From Promethearchaeota archaeon (GTDB taxonomy: Archaea > Asgardarchaeota > Lokiarchaeia > Sigyniarchaeales > SOKP01): a stretch of DNA of 64,000 bases. Both the position numbers and the translations under genes were made by a program. The notes beneath the pieces are model-generated. The model saw only the letters and a list, made by a program, of their open reading frames with translations, had not been told where the DNA came from and ran no database searches. Within the stretch, counting starts at the first letter, position 1, and the number at the start of each line of letters is the position of its first letter. Of this stretch, positions 28,201 to 37,409 are shown in pieces. The DNA is taken from positions 192,001 through 256,000 of the forward strand of contig JAEOUA010000011.1 in the NCBI GenBank assembly GCA_016839555.1, read 5' to 3'.

Positions 28201-29889
28201 AATTTTTCAAACTTGGAAGATGATTGGTTTCTCGAAGAAATAAATTTAACAGATTACAAAGGAAATTATGTAAAATTTAGATTTAATGCATCTTTAGATG
28301 AAAAACCAGATTTTATTTATTATAAAGGTTTTATGCTAGACTATTTTGCTATTGAAAATGCATCCAATATATCCCCTCCAGAAATCAATTTTAATTTAAG
28401 TAAAAATATACATTTCTCTCAAGATTTAAAATATCAGAAAGTTAAATTTTCTTTAGAATATTTTGATCAAGATAATAATTATCCTGAATATGTCTATCTT
28501 GAAATTAATAATGATAATTATTCTATGATTAATTATTTTGGAGATTGGAATGCTAGTTCCAATAAACCTGAAGATAAAGGGATTTATTTTGTACGATCTT
28601 TAAATTTAAATGAGATTTTAAATCAATCCTTTAAATTTTACGTTTCAGATGGTAATTTTACTAATTCAACTATACGTTATAATACAAATAATGAATTAAT
28701 TACGTTTAATACTCCAGAATTATTAGAATATAATGTTTATCAACAAGAAATTCCTATAGGATTTTTATTTTCTAATTCTTTAGAAAATCTTTATGTAATT
28801 GGTACACCTATTAAAACAGAAAGAACAGCTTGGCTACGAGGAGATAATACATGGCACATTATACATAAATTATATCGTGAGTATTTCTATGGAGGAATGG
28901 GACAAGGATTTAGTGAAAGTTTTAGAGGTTATGGGCAAAATTGGGATGCTCAATTAATTACCAAACCAATTAGAGTTTTATCAAAAGATAAGATATTTTT
29001 AGAATTTAAATATGAAATAGATCTCGAATATGAGGGGTCTCGTCCTGAGGATGAAAGAGATTATTGTCAAGTTTCGATTTCTAGTGATTTTGGAGAAACT
29101 TGGAAAATTTTGAAAAATTATTATTCTGATCCTGAAATGATCCTAAAAGGAAATGAAAGTATAGATATCTCTAGTTATAGAGGTGAGACTGTTATGATAA
29201 AATTTTCTCTTCATTCTAATGATTACGCTGGAGGATCCCCCGGTTATGGTTGGTTGCTATCTGATATTTATATTGGCTACGATAGAAATAAAGATCATAC
29301 TTCTCAAAATATTTTTAGTCTCTATGGTTATTTTTCAACTATTTATGATGAAGAGCAGATTAAAGCAAATCAAATAATTGATCCGATATTAATTTTTTAT
29401 ATTATTTGTGGAATAGCATTCTCAATTGTGTCGATTTTCATTATATATAAATCAGCATTATATCTAATAGGTATAAGAAATAAGATTATATCAAGAGAAA
29501 GAATTAAACAAGATTCGATATTAAGAACATTAATGACTAAGAAAAAAAGTTCAGATATTATTGCCGAAATAAAATATCTGGAAAAAACTCAAGCAGAGAA
29601 TCCTTTAATATTATATTGTAAATATTGTAAATCTTGGTTTTATACTAATAAAAAATATGATATAATCTGTCCTATTTGTGAAAAAGATCAAATTTATGCT
29701 GCTTATAATTGTATTAATTGTGATAAATGGTACTTTAAGGACAAACCAGATACAAATTATTATTGTGATGAATGCAATATCAAACTTTTAAAACAAGATA
29801 AAGAAATTATTGAAAATTTAATTCATGAAAAAGGAAAGATTTTACAAGAATATACAAAAAAGAAAGACCAATTTAGTATTTTGGATTGA
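25270..29889 (+). CDS. S8 subtilase-family protease, type-I membrane protein with cytoplasmic zinc ribbons
   Basis: AVLDSG, GHGT, AVGN, KPDIVAPG, GTSIS, GYGRVN; TM, then CKYC/CPIC/CINC/CDEC; ATG at 25270 follows GGAGGGT. Confidence 0.88.
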   Translation: MNKNKSKSKKVFIITALLLFSSFLFIFLPKDNSSSQLPAGLNKQAIYSSDDSDNNSYLIVYFKNSTYNPGVKNKFEFYGGIVHKNWNDTFESFSGFSGIIPISNKSLFQEYIENEVPNATLENDEIIEAQLNFASFQTGAVNSTWFNNGYKGDTNSSIAVLDSGIDLSHIFLQDKVIDNKSFVDGESPLDIYGHGTFIGSVIAGTGKDPYNSTLPNQIYIKQNYTHSEIFGFSIEPKNYSIKIATFNISEPNEYISVNSSWKLITEGIDEFWVQIYYNGELVNSSFNENQSQYYLIKHKISKDELGLYDVIIKYSKESYKNPHFSISSYIEFFPEFYVQNYNYFTGIANGSKLVNYKVLNNSGKGRVSNLISALEFVYKNKNSSKIISVCLSVGTLGNDISAINRVIDEISDEGILVIIAVGNYGIQNFETLNTLGKNRNSIVVGAINDDDQVTSYSSMGKIIDGGMIKPDIVAPGGSKIVQHRNIISAAANTNITSSSYGTSISTAIIAAAINILIEAKWNNWIQWNSLNTTKWSKIMKSILLMTATETYLEREDDPNTEVDESQYSPSLYQAQINSTHRAGLKDEHEGYGRVNIQAAIDALTKTISPNITYEGHLVSSRNNPLGTHAFARKVNLIADHQYLFNLTDINLFSTFDLYLYSNETNRFGEPILLASSRKSYNSFDYLYFTPRKNETNPILVIKAINGESNFTFNLTEVENIFDPKLKIPEVSYINGPKNTTVLSLSEIQGDKPEYNITLDRYKFYVEYFDNDTANVPPQQVYVYIQELAKNFTLTQLNPEDNNYTNGAIFSSQYIELPENKTYHYRFYVKDGLRNAILPIDIFNFFEIDIYFPPVIKHLEYHHHFNIGLDNWTITGTGWDLLIQNNLNDNRSRVYENDWKSIYFGSYHNYPKNYTYQPIGTETYLNGSFTSPYFNLTGLGEDFVPIAKIGSRVSINDLDSINLYINVNGTGWKSTPLRNFSNLEDDWFLEEINLTDYKGNYVKFRFNASLDEKPDFIYYKGFMLDYFAIENASNISPPEINFNLSKNIHFSQDLKYQKVKFSLEYFDQDNNYPEYVYLEINNDNYSMINYFGDWNASSNKPEDKGIYFVRSLNLNEILNQSFKFYVSDGNFTNSTIRYNTNNELITFNTPELLEYNVYQQEIPIGFLFSNSLENLYVIGTPIKTERTAWLRGDNTWHIIHKLYREYFYGGMGQGFSESFRGYGQNWDAQLITKPIRVLSKDKIFLEFKYEIDLEYEGSRPEDERDYCQVSISSDFGETWKILKNYYSDPEMILKGNESIDISSYRGETVMIKFSLHSNDYAGGSPGYGWLLSDIYIGYDRNKDHTSQNIFSLYGYFSTIYDEEQIKANQIIDPILIFYIICGIAFSIVSIFIIYKSALYLIGIRNKIISRERIKQDSILRTLMTKKKSSDIIAEIKYLEKTQAENPLILYCKYCKSWFYTNKKYDIICPICEKDQIYAAYNCINCDKWYFKDKPDTNYYCDECNIKLLKQDKEIIENLIHEKGKILQEYTKKKDQFSILD

Positions 29890-29929
29890 AATATTGAATA
29901 AAGAAAACTAAAAAAATAATTAAGAACAA

Positions 29930-32881
29930 ATGAATATAAGAAAATATCTGTATGAATTAAAATCAAGGTTCACCTTTCAAGCATTAAAACAAAGTTGGCT
30001 TGATCTTAAACGAGATAAGGCAAAATTGATTTTCGCCATATCAGGGTTAGCCATAAGCATTTTTCTATTGGTTGCTATCGGAACTATTAATGATACCCTT
30101 AACTACAATTATATTCAAATCGCAACTGAAAATTCTTCTGAAGCGGATCTCATTATAGCTAAAAATCCCACTACAGGTTTAACTTATGATCCTTATTTTA
30201 ATGAAAGCATAATTACTAAAAAGCTAGCAGGAGTTCCTGGTGTGGAACAATTTTTTCCTCGTATCACTATGCTTATTGAAGCTGGTTCTGAAAATACAAA
30301 TAAAAATGCAACAGTGCAAATGTATGGAATAGATTTTTTGACGGAATTTATAAGTGGTGATATGGGAGATCTAAAACTTGCCACTAAATTTTTCACTACA
30401 GATTTTATCTATCCTGGGAAACCTGATAAGGGGGAATGTATAGTTTTAAAAAGTGTAGCAGAATATCTAAACGTTTCAAGAGGAGACACCATCCATTTAA
30501 CTTACCAACAATTTGAACAAGATTTTGTGGTTGATCAGGTATGCACACAAGATAATAAATTTATGCAATTTGAAACTGCACTAATAATTTTGAATTTAGA
30601 AGACGCGCAAGAATTCTTGAATAAAGAAAATAAAATTAATTTCATCTATGGAACATTATTAAATCCGGAATCAATCTATGATGCGAGTAATATAGACACG
30701 ACAGTACAGAAAGCAAGACAAATCGGTACATATGTACAGTTAAGGTTAGATATAAATCAATATTATGTTTCAATGCCAAAATTAGAGGAATTAATTCAAG
30801 GAGAATATTTTTTAATGACCGTCACGGTTATTTTCTGGTTTATAATAATGCTTACTATGTTGATCACTTCTATCTTGATAAATTCTATATTATCAACCTC
30901 TGCGGAAGAACGAATGAGAGAATTTGGCATTTTACGTGTGGTCGGGGGTCAGAAAAAATTTCCTATTAAAATTGTATTGATTGAAGGGCTTATTTTGGGT
31001 ATAATAGGATCAATTATAGGAGTAATTTTAGGATATTTCTTAACTGAACCAATTTCAAGGTTATTTTTATCAAACTATAATTTTGGGTTTTCTGATTTAA
31101 CATTTGTCATACAATCAACAACGATAATTTCTGCCGCGATAATTGGAATTTTAGTAAGTCTAATTGTATCTTTTATACCCGCTATCAAAGCGGCGCGAAA
31201 AGATTTGATTAAATCGATTACCCCATTTAGAGCCGAGGAGGAAGGTTTCGAAATTAAAAAAGAGACAAGTGTAAAATTAAAATTAATGTTAGTAGGAATA
31301 GCTCTCTCCATTGTAGGGATCATTATGTTTATTTTAATGCCAAGAATATTGATTACAAATGATACTATGCTTATTAATGGGCTATTTATTGGGCTTCTGA
31401 TTACAATTTTAATAGGTTTGGTATTTGCGTCTATAGGAATAATTCCATTAATCCAAAGCCTCCTTTTAGGAGTAATATCTCCCTTAATAAAAAAATATTA
31501 TCAGATTGTAAAAATTTCGCTTAAACGATATAGAAGGAGAAATATTAGCACTATATTAATGTTTGCGATGTCGTTTTCATTTATCTTCTTCATCACAGGA
31601 TTAGTGGAAATGGAGGAAAAAAACTCAATCCTCTCCTTAAATTTTCAATATGGTTCTGATATAGTGTTAACAAATAAAGAGGGAAGGGATGTGGAAAATT
31701 CAATCACTCTGGAAATGATTAATGAAATTAAAGTAATGCCAAATGTAGAACAAATTGCTATAGTGCTTCATAATAGTATTGATCTTCAATCTATTCTTGG
31801 CTCATTATTTTCGGGATCGCTAGAATCAGGTGAAGAATCTCAAGAAGAACTATTTCAGGCGATTTTCGAATATTATTTAGGCGCGGAACGAACAAAATAT
31901 ATTGTCCATGCATCGGATATAGCCCAATATTCTGAAGTAGATGCGGGATTCATAGGAATTAATCCCAATTTTATAAATATAATAGATAGAGATCTTATTA
32001 TGTGGGATAGCCTTAAAAGCAGTGAGGAATCTTTTTTGAATTTATTCCTATATAATAATACTTGCATTATTTCCAAAGCTATCGCCGATAGATTAAACAT
32101 TAACGATATTGGTGCTCTTATACGATTAACCTTTATTAATCCCCAAATAGAAGATGATCCAGGCAATACTACTATCTTTCAAGTAGTAGGAATATCGGGA
32201 GGGATGCCCGGATTTTGGAATTTTCGAACCTCTTTTATGGCTGCTAGTGGTGGAGGTGTTATGGTGTCTTTGGACGATTATATGAAATATATGGATGTTG
32301 AAAATGCTGGAAAATCTAATATGATCGTTGATAAAGCCTATATAAATCTTAGAATTAATTCTGAATTTGTTGTTGAAGATTTTAAAGATGAAATTGAAAC
32401 ACAATATGGTAATATAGATTTTAATATTGATGATTCTGTTTCCAAGATAAATGATACACAAGAAACAAATGAAAGTAGAAGCGCTCTAATGGAATTGATT
32501 TTAATGTTTACCGTTATAATCTCTATATTCGGTCTAATCAGTAATATGTTTGCGGTAATCAAGGAGAGGAAGTTTGAAATTGGCATTCTTAGAAGTATGG
32601 GACTTAAGACGAGAAATATCAGGCAAATGTTTTTAACGGAAAGCATAATTGTTATGATCTCTTCCGCTTTAATGGGATTTTTGATTGGATTGCTCTCGGC
32701 TTATCTTTTAGAGACTACAATGGCATTAATCACAGAGATGCCCACGGTATTTTCTATTCCTTGGGATACAGTATTTCGGGTGTTTTCTATAACAATTATA
32801 GTAGGAGTTATTGGTATGTATATTATTCTGTGGAATGTAAGCAGACAAAGTGTTGTAGAGATTTTCCGGCAAACTTTTTAA
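29930..32881 (+). CDS. ABC permease, double FtsX/MacB type (paralogue of 18301..21270)
   Basis: EERMREFGILRVVGG; KERKFEIGILRSMGL; same architecture, ending EIFRQTF versus EIYRETL. Confidence 0.92.
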   Translation: MNIRKYLYELKSRFTFQALKQSWLDLKRDKAKLIFAISGLAISIFLLVAIGTINDTLNYNYIQIATENSSEADLIIAKNPTTGLTYDPYFNESIITKKLAGVPGVEQFFPRITMLIEAGSENTNKNATVQMYGIDFLTEFISGDMGDLKLATKFFTTDFIYPGKPDKGECIVLKSVAEYLNVSRGDTIHLTYQQFEQDFVVDQVCTQDNKFMQFETALIILNLEDAQEFLNKENKINFIYGTLLNPESIYDASNIDTTVQKARQIGTYVQLRLDINQYYVSMPKLEELIQGEYFLMTVTVIFWFIIMLTMLITSILINSILSTSAEERMREFGILRVVGGQKKFPIKIVLIEGLILGIIGSIIGVILGYFLTEPISRLFLSNYNFGFSDLTFVIQSTTIISAAIIGILVSLIVSFIPAIKAARKDLIKSITPFRAEEEGFEIKKETSVKLKLMLVGIALSIVGIIMFILMPRILITNDTMLINGLFIGLLITILIGLVFASIGIIPLIQSLLLGVISPLIKKYYQIVKISLKRYRRRNISTILMFAMSFSFIFFITGLVEMEEKNSILSLNFQYGSDIVLTNKEGRDVENSITLEMINEIKVMPNVEQIAIVLHNSIDLQSILGSLFSGSLESGEESQEELFQAIFEYYLGAERTKYIVHASDIAQYSEVDAGFIGINPNFINIIDRDLIMWDSLKSSEESFLNLFLYNNTCIISKAIADRLNINDIGALIRLTFINPQIEDDPGNTTIFQVVGISGGMPGFWNFRTSFMAASGGGVMVSLDDYMKYMDVENAGKSNMIVDKAYINLRINSEFVVEDFKDEIETQYGNIDFNIDDSVSKINDTQETNESRSALMELILMFTVIISIFGLISNMFAVIKERKFEIGILRSMGLKTRNIRQMFLTESIIVMISSALMGFLIGLLSAYLLETTMALITEMPTVFSIPWDTVFRVFSITIIVGVIGMYIILWNVSRQSVVEIFRQTF

Positions 32882-32956
32882 CAAATTTAATGGATTTGTT
32901 TTTTAATGTCTTGAAACCATAAAAAGGAAAAAAAAAAAATTTGGTTATATTTGTAA

Positions 32957-34669
32957 TTACGAGATATGCCAATAACGCCGCTTTTTCGCCCATATCACTA
33001 GTATAACACTTATTCCAAGTAAACTCAATAGTATAACAATGCTATAGCTTGGAATTTGAGCTGAGGGAGGTGTTAAGGTAAGTAGGAAAAGCAATATATT
33101 TGGAGGCTCTGAGGGATAATCGTTTTCATCCAAAGGATTTGTACCCACCTTTATTTCTTCTCCATCAGTATATCCATCGCCATCCGTATCGTTATTAGTG
33201 GGATCCGTAATATAGCCGTCGATCCCTATGATTACCTCCTCTCCATCCGGAATCGAATCGGAATCCGTGTCATTATTGATTGGACTCGTACTATATATTT
33301 CTTCGGTGTAATTGCTTAGCATATCAAAATCAGGATCATGAAATCTCTGATTCTTATTTCTTCGAAAAGTAGTATCCCCTGAAAATCCTTGCCAGTAAAT
33401 TCTCTCACCCGAAGGAGAAGGTTTTAGTGCATAGATCTTATTATCATCACTACCGACCACCACCTCGAGTGTGCCATCGCCGTCAATATCACCCAATGCC
33501 GGCGAAGACCATACATCTCCCTGCGTTGTATAGCTCCATAGTATAGTGCCGTTTTCCCCTTCCAGTGCATATATCTTATTATCATCACTACCGACCACCA
33601 CCTCGAGCATGCCATCGCCGTCAATATCGCCCAGTGCCGGTGAAGAATCCACATCATTATTTGTTGTATAGCTCCATAGCTTGGTACCACTCTCCCCTTC
33701 CAATGCGTATATCTTATGATCCCAGCTGCCAACTACTACCTCGAGCATGCCATCGCCGTCAATATCGCCCAATGCCGGAGAAGGATACATAACTTTTCCC
33801 GTTATCGAAGTCGTATAGTTCCATAATTCAGTACCATCCTCTCCTTTTAACGCGTATATTTTATTATCCTCGCTGCCGAAAACCACCTCGAGCGTTCCAT
33901 CACCGTCAATATCGCCCAGTGCTGGAGAAGATTCCACACCTATCGCCGTATAATTCCATAACTCAGTGCCATCCTCTCCCTTCAGTGCATATATCTTATT
34001 ATCCCCGCTACCGACCACCACCTCGAGCGTGCCATCACCGTCAATATCGCCCAATGCCGGAGAAGAATATACATCACTCATCGTTGTATAGTTCCATAGT
34101 TCAGTACCATTCTCACCCTCTAATGCATAAATCTTATTATCATAACTACCGATTACCACCTCGAGCATGCCATCACCGTCAATATCACCCAATGCCGGTG
34201 AAGAATACACAACATCTTTTGTTGTATAATTCCATAGTTCGGTGCCATTTTCACCCTCTAATGCATAAATCTTTTTATCGAAACTACCGACCACCACCTC
34301 AAGCTTATCATCGCCGTCAATATCACCCAATGCAGGCGAAGACCACACAACATCTTTTGTTGTATAATTCCATAGTTCGGTGCCGTTCTCACCCTCTAAT
34401 GCATAAATCTTATTATCCCTACTACCGACCACCACCTCGAGCATGCCATCGCCGTCAATATCGCCCAGTGCTGGTGAAGAGACCACATGATCTTCTGTCG
34501 TATAATTCCATAGTTCTGAGACACTTGCCGAAGAATGGATTTTAGAATTTTCAGCTGGAAGAGTGAAATTATTCATAGTTTTTTCTTGTTGAAGGGATGG
34601 AAATAGCCACCATGAACTTAGAATGGCTAAAAACACAATAAAAACTATATATTTATATTTTTTTTTCAT
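32957..34669 (-). CDS. Secreted FG-GAP/PQQ-like 8-repeat beta-propeller protein with DxDxDG Ca-binding repeats and a C-terminal sorting/TM tail
   Basis: Eight SPALGDIDGDG.LEVV.GS.D.KIYAL repeats; DTDSDSIPDGEE and DTDGDGYTDGEE; IPSY-TM-KKRR tail. Confidence 0.88.
   Translation of the reverse strand: MKKKYKYIVFIVFLAILSSWWLFPSLQQEKTMNNFTLPAENSKIHSSASVSELWNYTTEDHVVSSPALGDIDGDGMLEVVVGSRDNKIYALEGENGTELWNYTTKDVVWSSPALGDIDGDDKLEVVVGSFDKKIYALEGENGTELWNYTTKDVVYSSPALGDIDGDGMLEVVIGSYDNKIYALEGENGTELWNYTTMSDVYSSPALGDIDGDGTLEVVVGSGDNKIYALKGEDGTELWNYTAIGVESSPALGDIDGDGTLEVVFGSEDNKIYALKGEDGTELWNYTTSITGKVMYPSPALGDIDGDGMLEVVVGSWDHKIYALEGESGTKLWSYTTNNDVDSSPALGDIDGDGMLEVVVGSDDNKIYALEGENGTILWSYTTQGDVWSSPALGDIDGDGTLEVVVGSDDNKIYALKPSPSGERIYWQGFSGDTTFRRNKNQRFHDPDFDMLSNYTEEIYSTSPINNDTDSDSIPDGEEVIIGIDGYITDPTNNDTDGDGYTDGEEIKVGTNPLDENDYPSEPPNILLFLLTLTPPSAQIPSYSIVILLSLLGISVILVIWAKKRRYWHIS
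33425..34516 (-). repeat. Eight intragenic tandem repeats of about 138 bp (46 aa)
   Basis: Recurring DNA unit ccgaccaccacctcgagcatgccatcgccgtcaatatcgcccaatgccgg on the + strand. Confidence 0.95.
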
Positions 34670-35034
34670 CCATTTTCACTTCTTAAGTAAATAATTTTCA
34701 ATAAAAATTTTAAAATTAATACACATTTTATTGAAATCGTTTAAAAAATTGAATCAGATAGATTACATAATCATTTAAATACTTTTCTATACCATCCATC
34801 TATAGAAAATGGTGAATAATTACTCAATGTAAATTGTCAAATTGACTTAAAATATAGTTCGAGAAATTAATATCTTTGAGAAGTTAAATTTATTATATCC
34901 AAAATCTTTAAAATTTTTTCCAATGTTCAGTAATTCTATTTTGATTAATCAAATTTTAAGATTTAGTATATTTTTTAATCTTTTTTTTCCAATATTTATT
35001 AATTGTTTTATATTATAAAAGATTATATTATTAT

Positions 35035-35409
35035 ATGCCAACGAAGATGACTCAACCAGATTTAGAACTTCTCGAAGATGAGAATACATCCGGAATGAGG
35101 GTTGCCATTTTAGAAGAACCGTATAAAATTCGTCTTGCAAGAGCAAAAATTCCTGAGCCTCGCAAAGATGAAGTTTTAATTAAAATAAAATATGTGGGTA
35201 TTTGCGGTAGTGATGTAGAAGCATATATAGGAAACAGGGAATATGATCTGACTGATGAAGAGGCTCGTGGAAAATTTTTAGGTGTTGCCAATATTTCTCA
35301 AACGATTGGAAGAATACCAGGGTTAATGCTCGGAGGATATATTGCCGAATTTATCCCTTTTTTAAGCAATTCTTTTAATTTCGAAATAAAAAGAATTATT
35401 CATACTTAA
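35035..35409 (+). pseudogene. Chimeric remnant: Zn-dependent alcohol dehydrogenase N-terminus joined to an MFS-like fragment
   Basis: MRVAILEEP...PEPRKDEVLIKIKYVGICGSD stops before the GHE motif, then DLTDEEARGKFLGVANISQTIGRIPGLMLGGYIAE; runs into the 3' end of the next gene. Confidence 0.7.
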
Positions 35410-35977
35410 TAAATTCGATTAATTTTGTTAAAGCTCTTCCTCGATGGGATATTTTATTTTTTTCTTTTTTGGAGAGTTCACCAAATGTTTTTTTTGGTCT
35501 CTCATTAGGGATAAAAATAGGATCATAGCCGAAACCATGAGTTCCTTTAATTTTGGGAGATATTTTTCCATCAACTCTTCCTGTAAATACAAGACTTTTA
35601 TCAGAACTATCATGATATAAAGCAATACATGAAGAAAAATGTGCTATTGAGTTTTTAAAATCTTTAATTAGCTGTAGAATACCTTCATTTCCGATAGTTT
35701 TAAAAACATAGGATGAATACACCCCAGGAAATCCTTTTAATGGATAATCAACAAAGAGTCCCGCATCTTCAACGAAATATGAGCCAATAACTTGATCTTT
35801 CATACTTTCTAATTTATATAATGCAACTTTAGCTATAGAATCTGCTTGAATCTCAATGGGTTTTAAATCTAATTGCTTTAAATCATATGAGAGATTTGCT
35901 TGCTTGAATAAATCTAACACTTCAGCAAATTTATGGGTATTTCCGGTTATAAAAAATATATCTTTTTTTTCAGTCAT
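35396..35977 (-). CDS. rdgB: Non-canonical purine NTP pyrophosphatase (HAM1/RdgB)
   Basis: FITGNTHK, EIQ, VEDAGL, GFPGVYS, GFGYDPIF, KNKISHRGRA. Confidence 0.95.
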   Translation of the reverse strand: MTEKKDIFFITGNTHKFAEVLDLFKQANLSYDLKQLDLKPIEIQADSIAKVALYKLESMKDQVIGSYFVEDAGLFVDYPLKGFPGVYSSYVFKTIGNEGILQLIKDFKNSIAHFSSCIALYHDSSDKSLVFTGRVDGKISPKIKGTHGFGYDPIFIPNERPKKTFGELSKKEKNKISHRGRALTKLIEFIKYE

Positions 35978-36072
35978 TTCTTATTAGATTAACAAATTAA
36001 TATCTAAAAAATATAAGATAAAAAATCATATAATTTTCTTTGTATTATTATTAATATACTAGGGAGGAAAAA

Positions 36073-37377
36073 ATGAGTAAAAAATATAATTATATAATAA
36101 TTGGAGGCGGGATTTCTGGTTTACACATTGGCGCATTATTATCTCAGCATGGAAAGGTTTTGATTTTAGAAAAATTAAGTTTTTTAGGGGGTCGAGCCAG
36201 AGTTTCAATAATAGACGGTTTTAAATTAGATTTTGGACCACATCCTATAAGATTTGGTCCTGAAAGCGCATTGGGAACTTCATTATTAGAAATTAATAAA
36301 TCAATTGATTTTATTAAGCCAGGAAAATCTTGGGCATTTTTAAAAAATGGAGAAAAAATGTTATTTCCCACAGGAGGATTAGTAACCATCATTAGAAGTA
36401 AAATGGTATCTTTTATTGAGACTATAAAACTTTTAATAAAAATAAGAAAAATGGAACCAAACGAGTTTTACGATTTATATGATATCTCATTAGAAGATTG
36501 GTTTAAAAAAGAGAATATTTCTCCAAGGACTCAAAAATTTTTACTTATGACAAGTTCTGCTATGCAGGTCAATCCTTTTCCAGAACGTTCTTCTGTGGGA
36601 GAATTAATGCATAATATTAAGAGGGTTTTAGAAATTGGGAGTGTTTATTATCCAAGTGGGGGTTGGAATTCCATATTTTCAAAATTTATTGATAAAATAA
36701 GGGAAAATGGTGGAGAAATAAGGCTAAATTCGGAAGTAGAGAAGATAATAGTAGAAGATAATATTTGCAAGGCTGTAGAGGTTGATGGTGATAAAATATT
36801 TAGCGATCATGTCATCTCAACAATACCAGTACAGAACTTATTTACCATATTAAATGAGAACTTATGTGATAAGGAGTTCGTTGAAAAATGCAAGGAATTA
36901 AGACCAACTGCGGGAGTTTCTATTGATTTTTGTTTAGATAAAGCCATTAGTGATATTGATGGTCTCGTCTTTTTTGAAGAACCCTTGAGTTTTGGGTTTA
37001 TCCCTTCCAATTTATCTAAAGAAGTTGCTCCTAAAGGAAAATCTTTAATGACCTTTTTACGAGTTGCCAATGTTGAGGATATTAAAGATAAAAATAAAGC
37101 AGAAGAGCTTTATAAAGAATTTCGTCAAACCATCATAAATTTTTTCCCAGAAATTGAAAATCACATACTTCATGAACGATTGATATTTTTAGACATGGTT
37201 GATGGTGTTGAAGTCAATATTAATCAACATCAATTTAAACGTCCTGGGAATAGGATAAAAGGAATAAATAATCTATGGTTAGCAGGAGATAGCGTAGGAG
37301 GAGAAGGAGCTGGAGGAGATATTGGACATACTTCAGTAAGAGAATGCTGTAAACACATTTTGGAAAGAACTGAGTAA
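36073..37377 (+). CDS. FAD-dependent oxidoreductase, phytoene desaturase/amine oxidase-like
   Basis: IIGGGISG, EK...GGRA, DFGPH, YPSGG, NLWLAGD. Confidence 0.85.
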   Translation: MSKKYNYIIIGGGISGLHIGALLSQHGKVLILEKLSFLGGRARVSIIDGFKLDFGPHPIRFGPESALGTSLLEINKSIDFIKPGKSWAFLKNGEKMLFPTGGLVTIIRSKMVSFIETIKLLIKIRKMEPNEFYDLYDISLEDWFKKENISPRTQKFLLMTSSAMQVNPFPERSSVGELMHNIKRVLEIGSVYYPSGGWNSIFSKFIDKIRENGGEIRLNSEVEKIIVEDNICKAVEVDGDKIFSDHVISTIPVQNLFTILNENLCDKEFVEKCKELRPTAGVSIDFCLDKAISDIDGLVFFEEPLSFGFIPSNLSKEVAPKGKSLMTFLRVANVEDIKDKNKAEELYKEFRQTIINFFPEIENHILHERLIFLDMVDGVEVNINQHQFKRPGNRIKGINNLWLAGDSVGGEGAGGDIGHTSVRECCKHILERTE

Positions 37378-37409
37378 TCAAAAAAAGTATTATTTCCTAT
37401 AATATTTTG

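Noticed and set aside
33425-34516. Tandem repeats as a CRISPR array or DGR target
   Set aside because: The units are in-frame ~138-bp coding repeats with no unique spacers; no cas genes, reverse transcriptase or template repeat are in the window.
33424-34545. Alternative-frame ORFs 33424..33732, 33565..33792 and 33919..34545
   Set aside because: Shadow frames that stay open because of the GC-richer repeats in the propeller gene.
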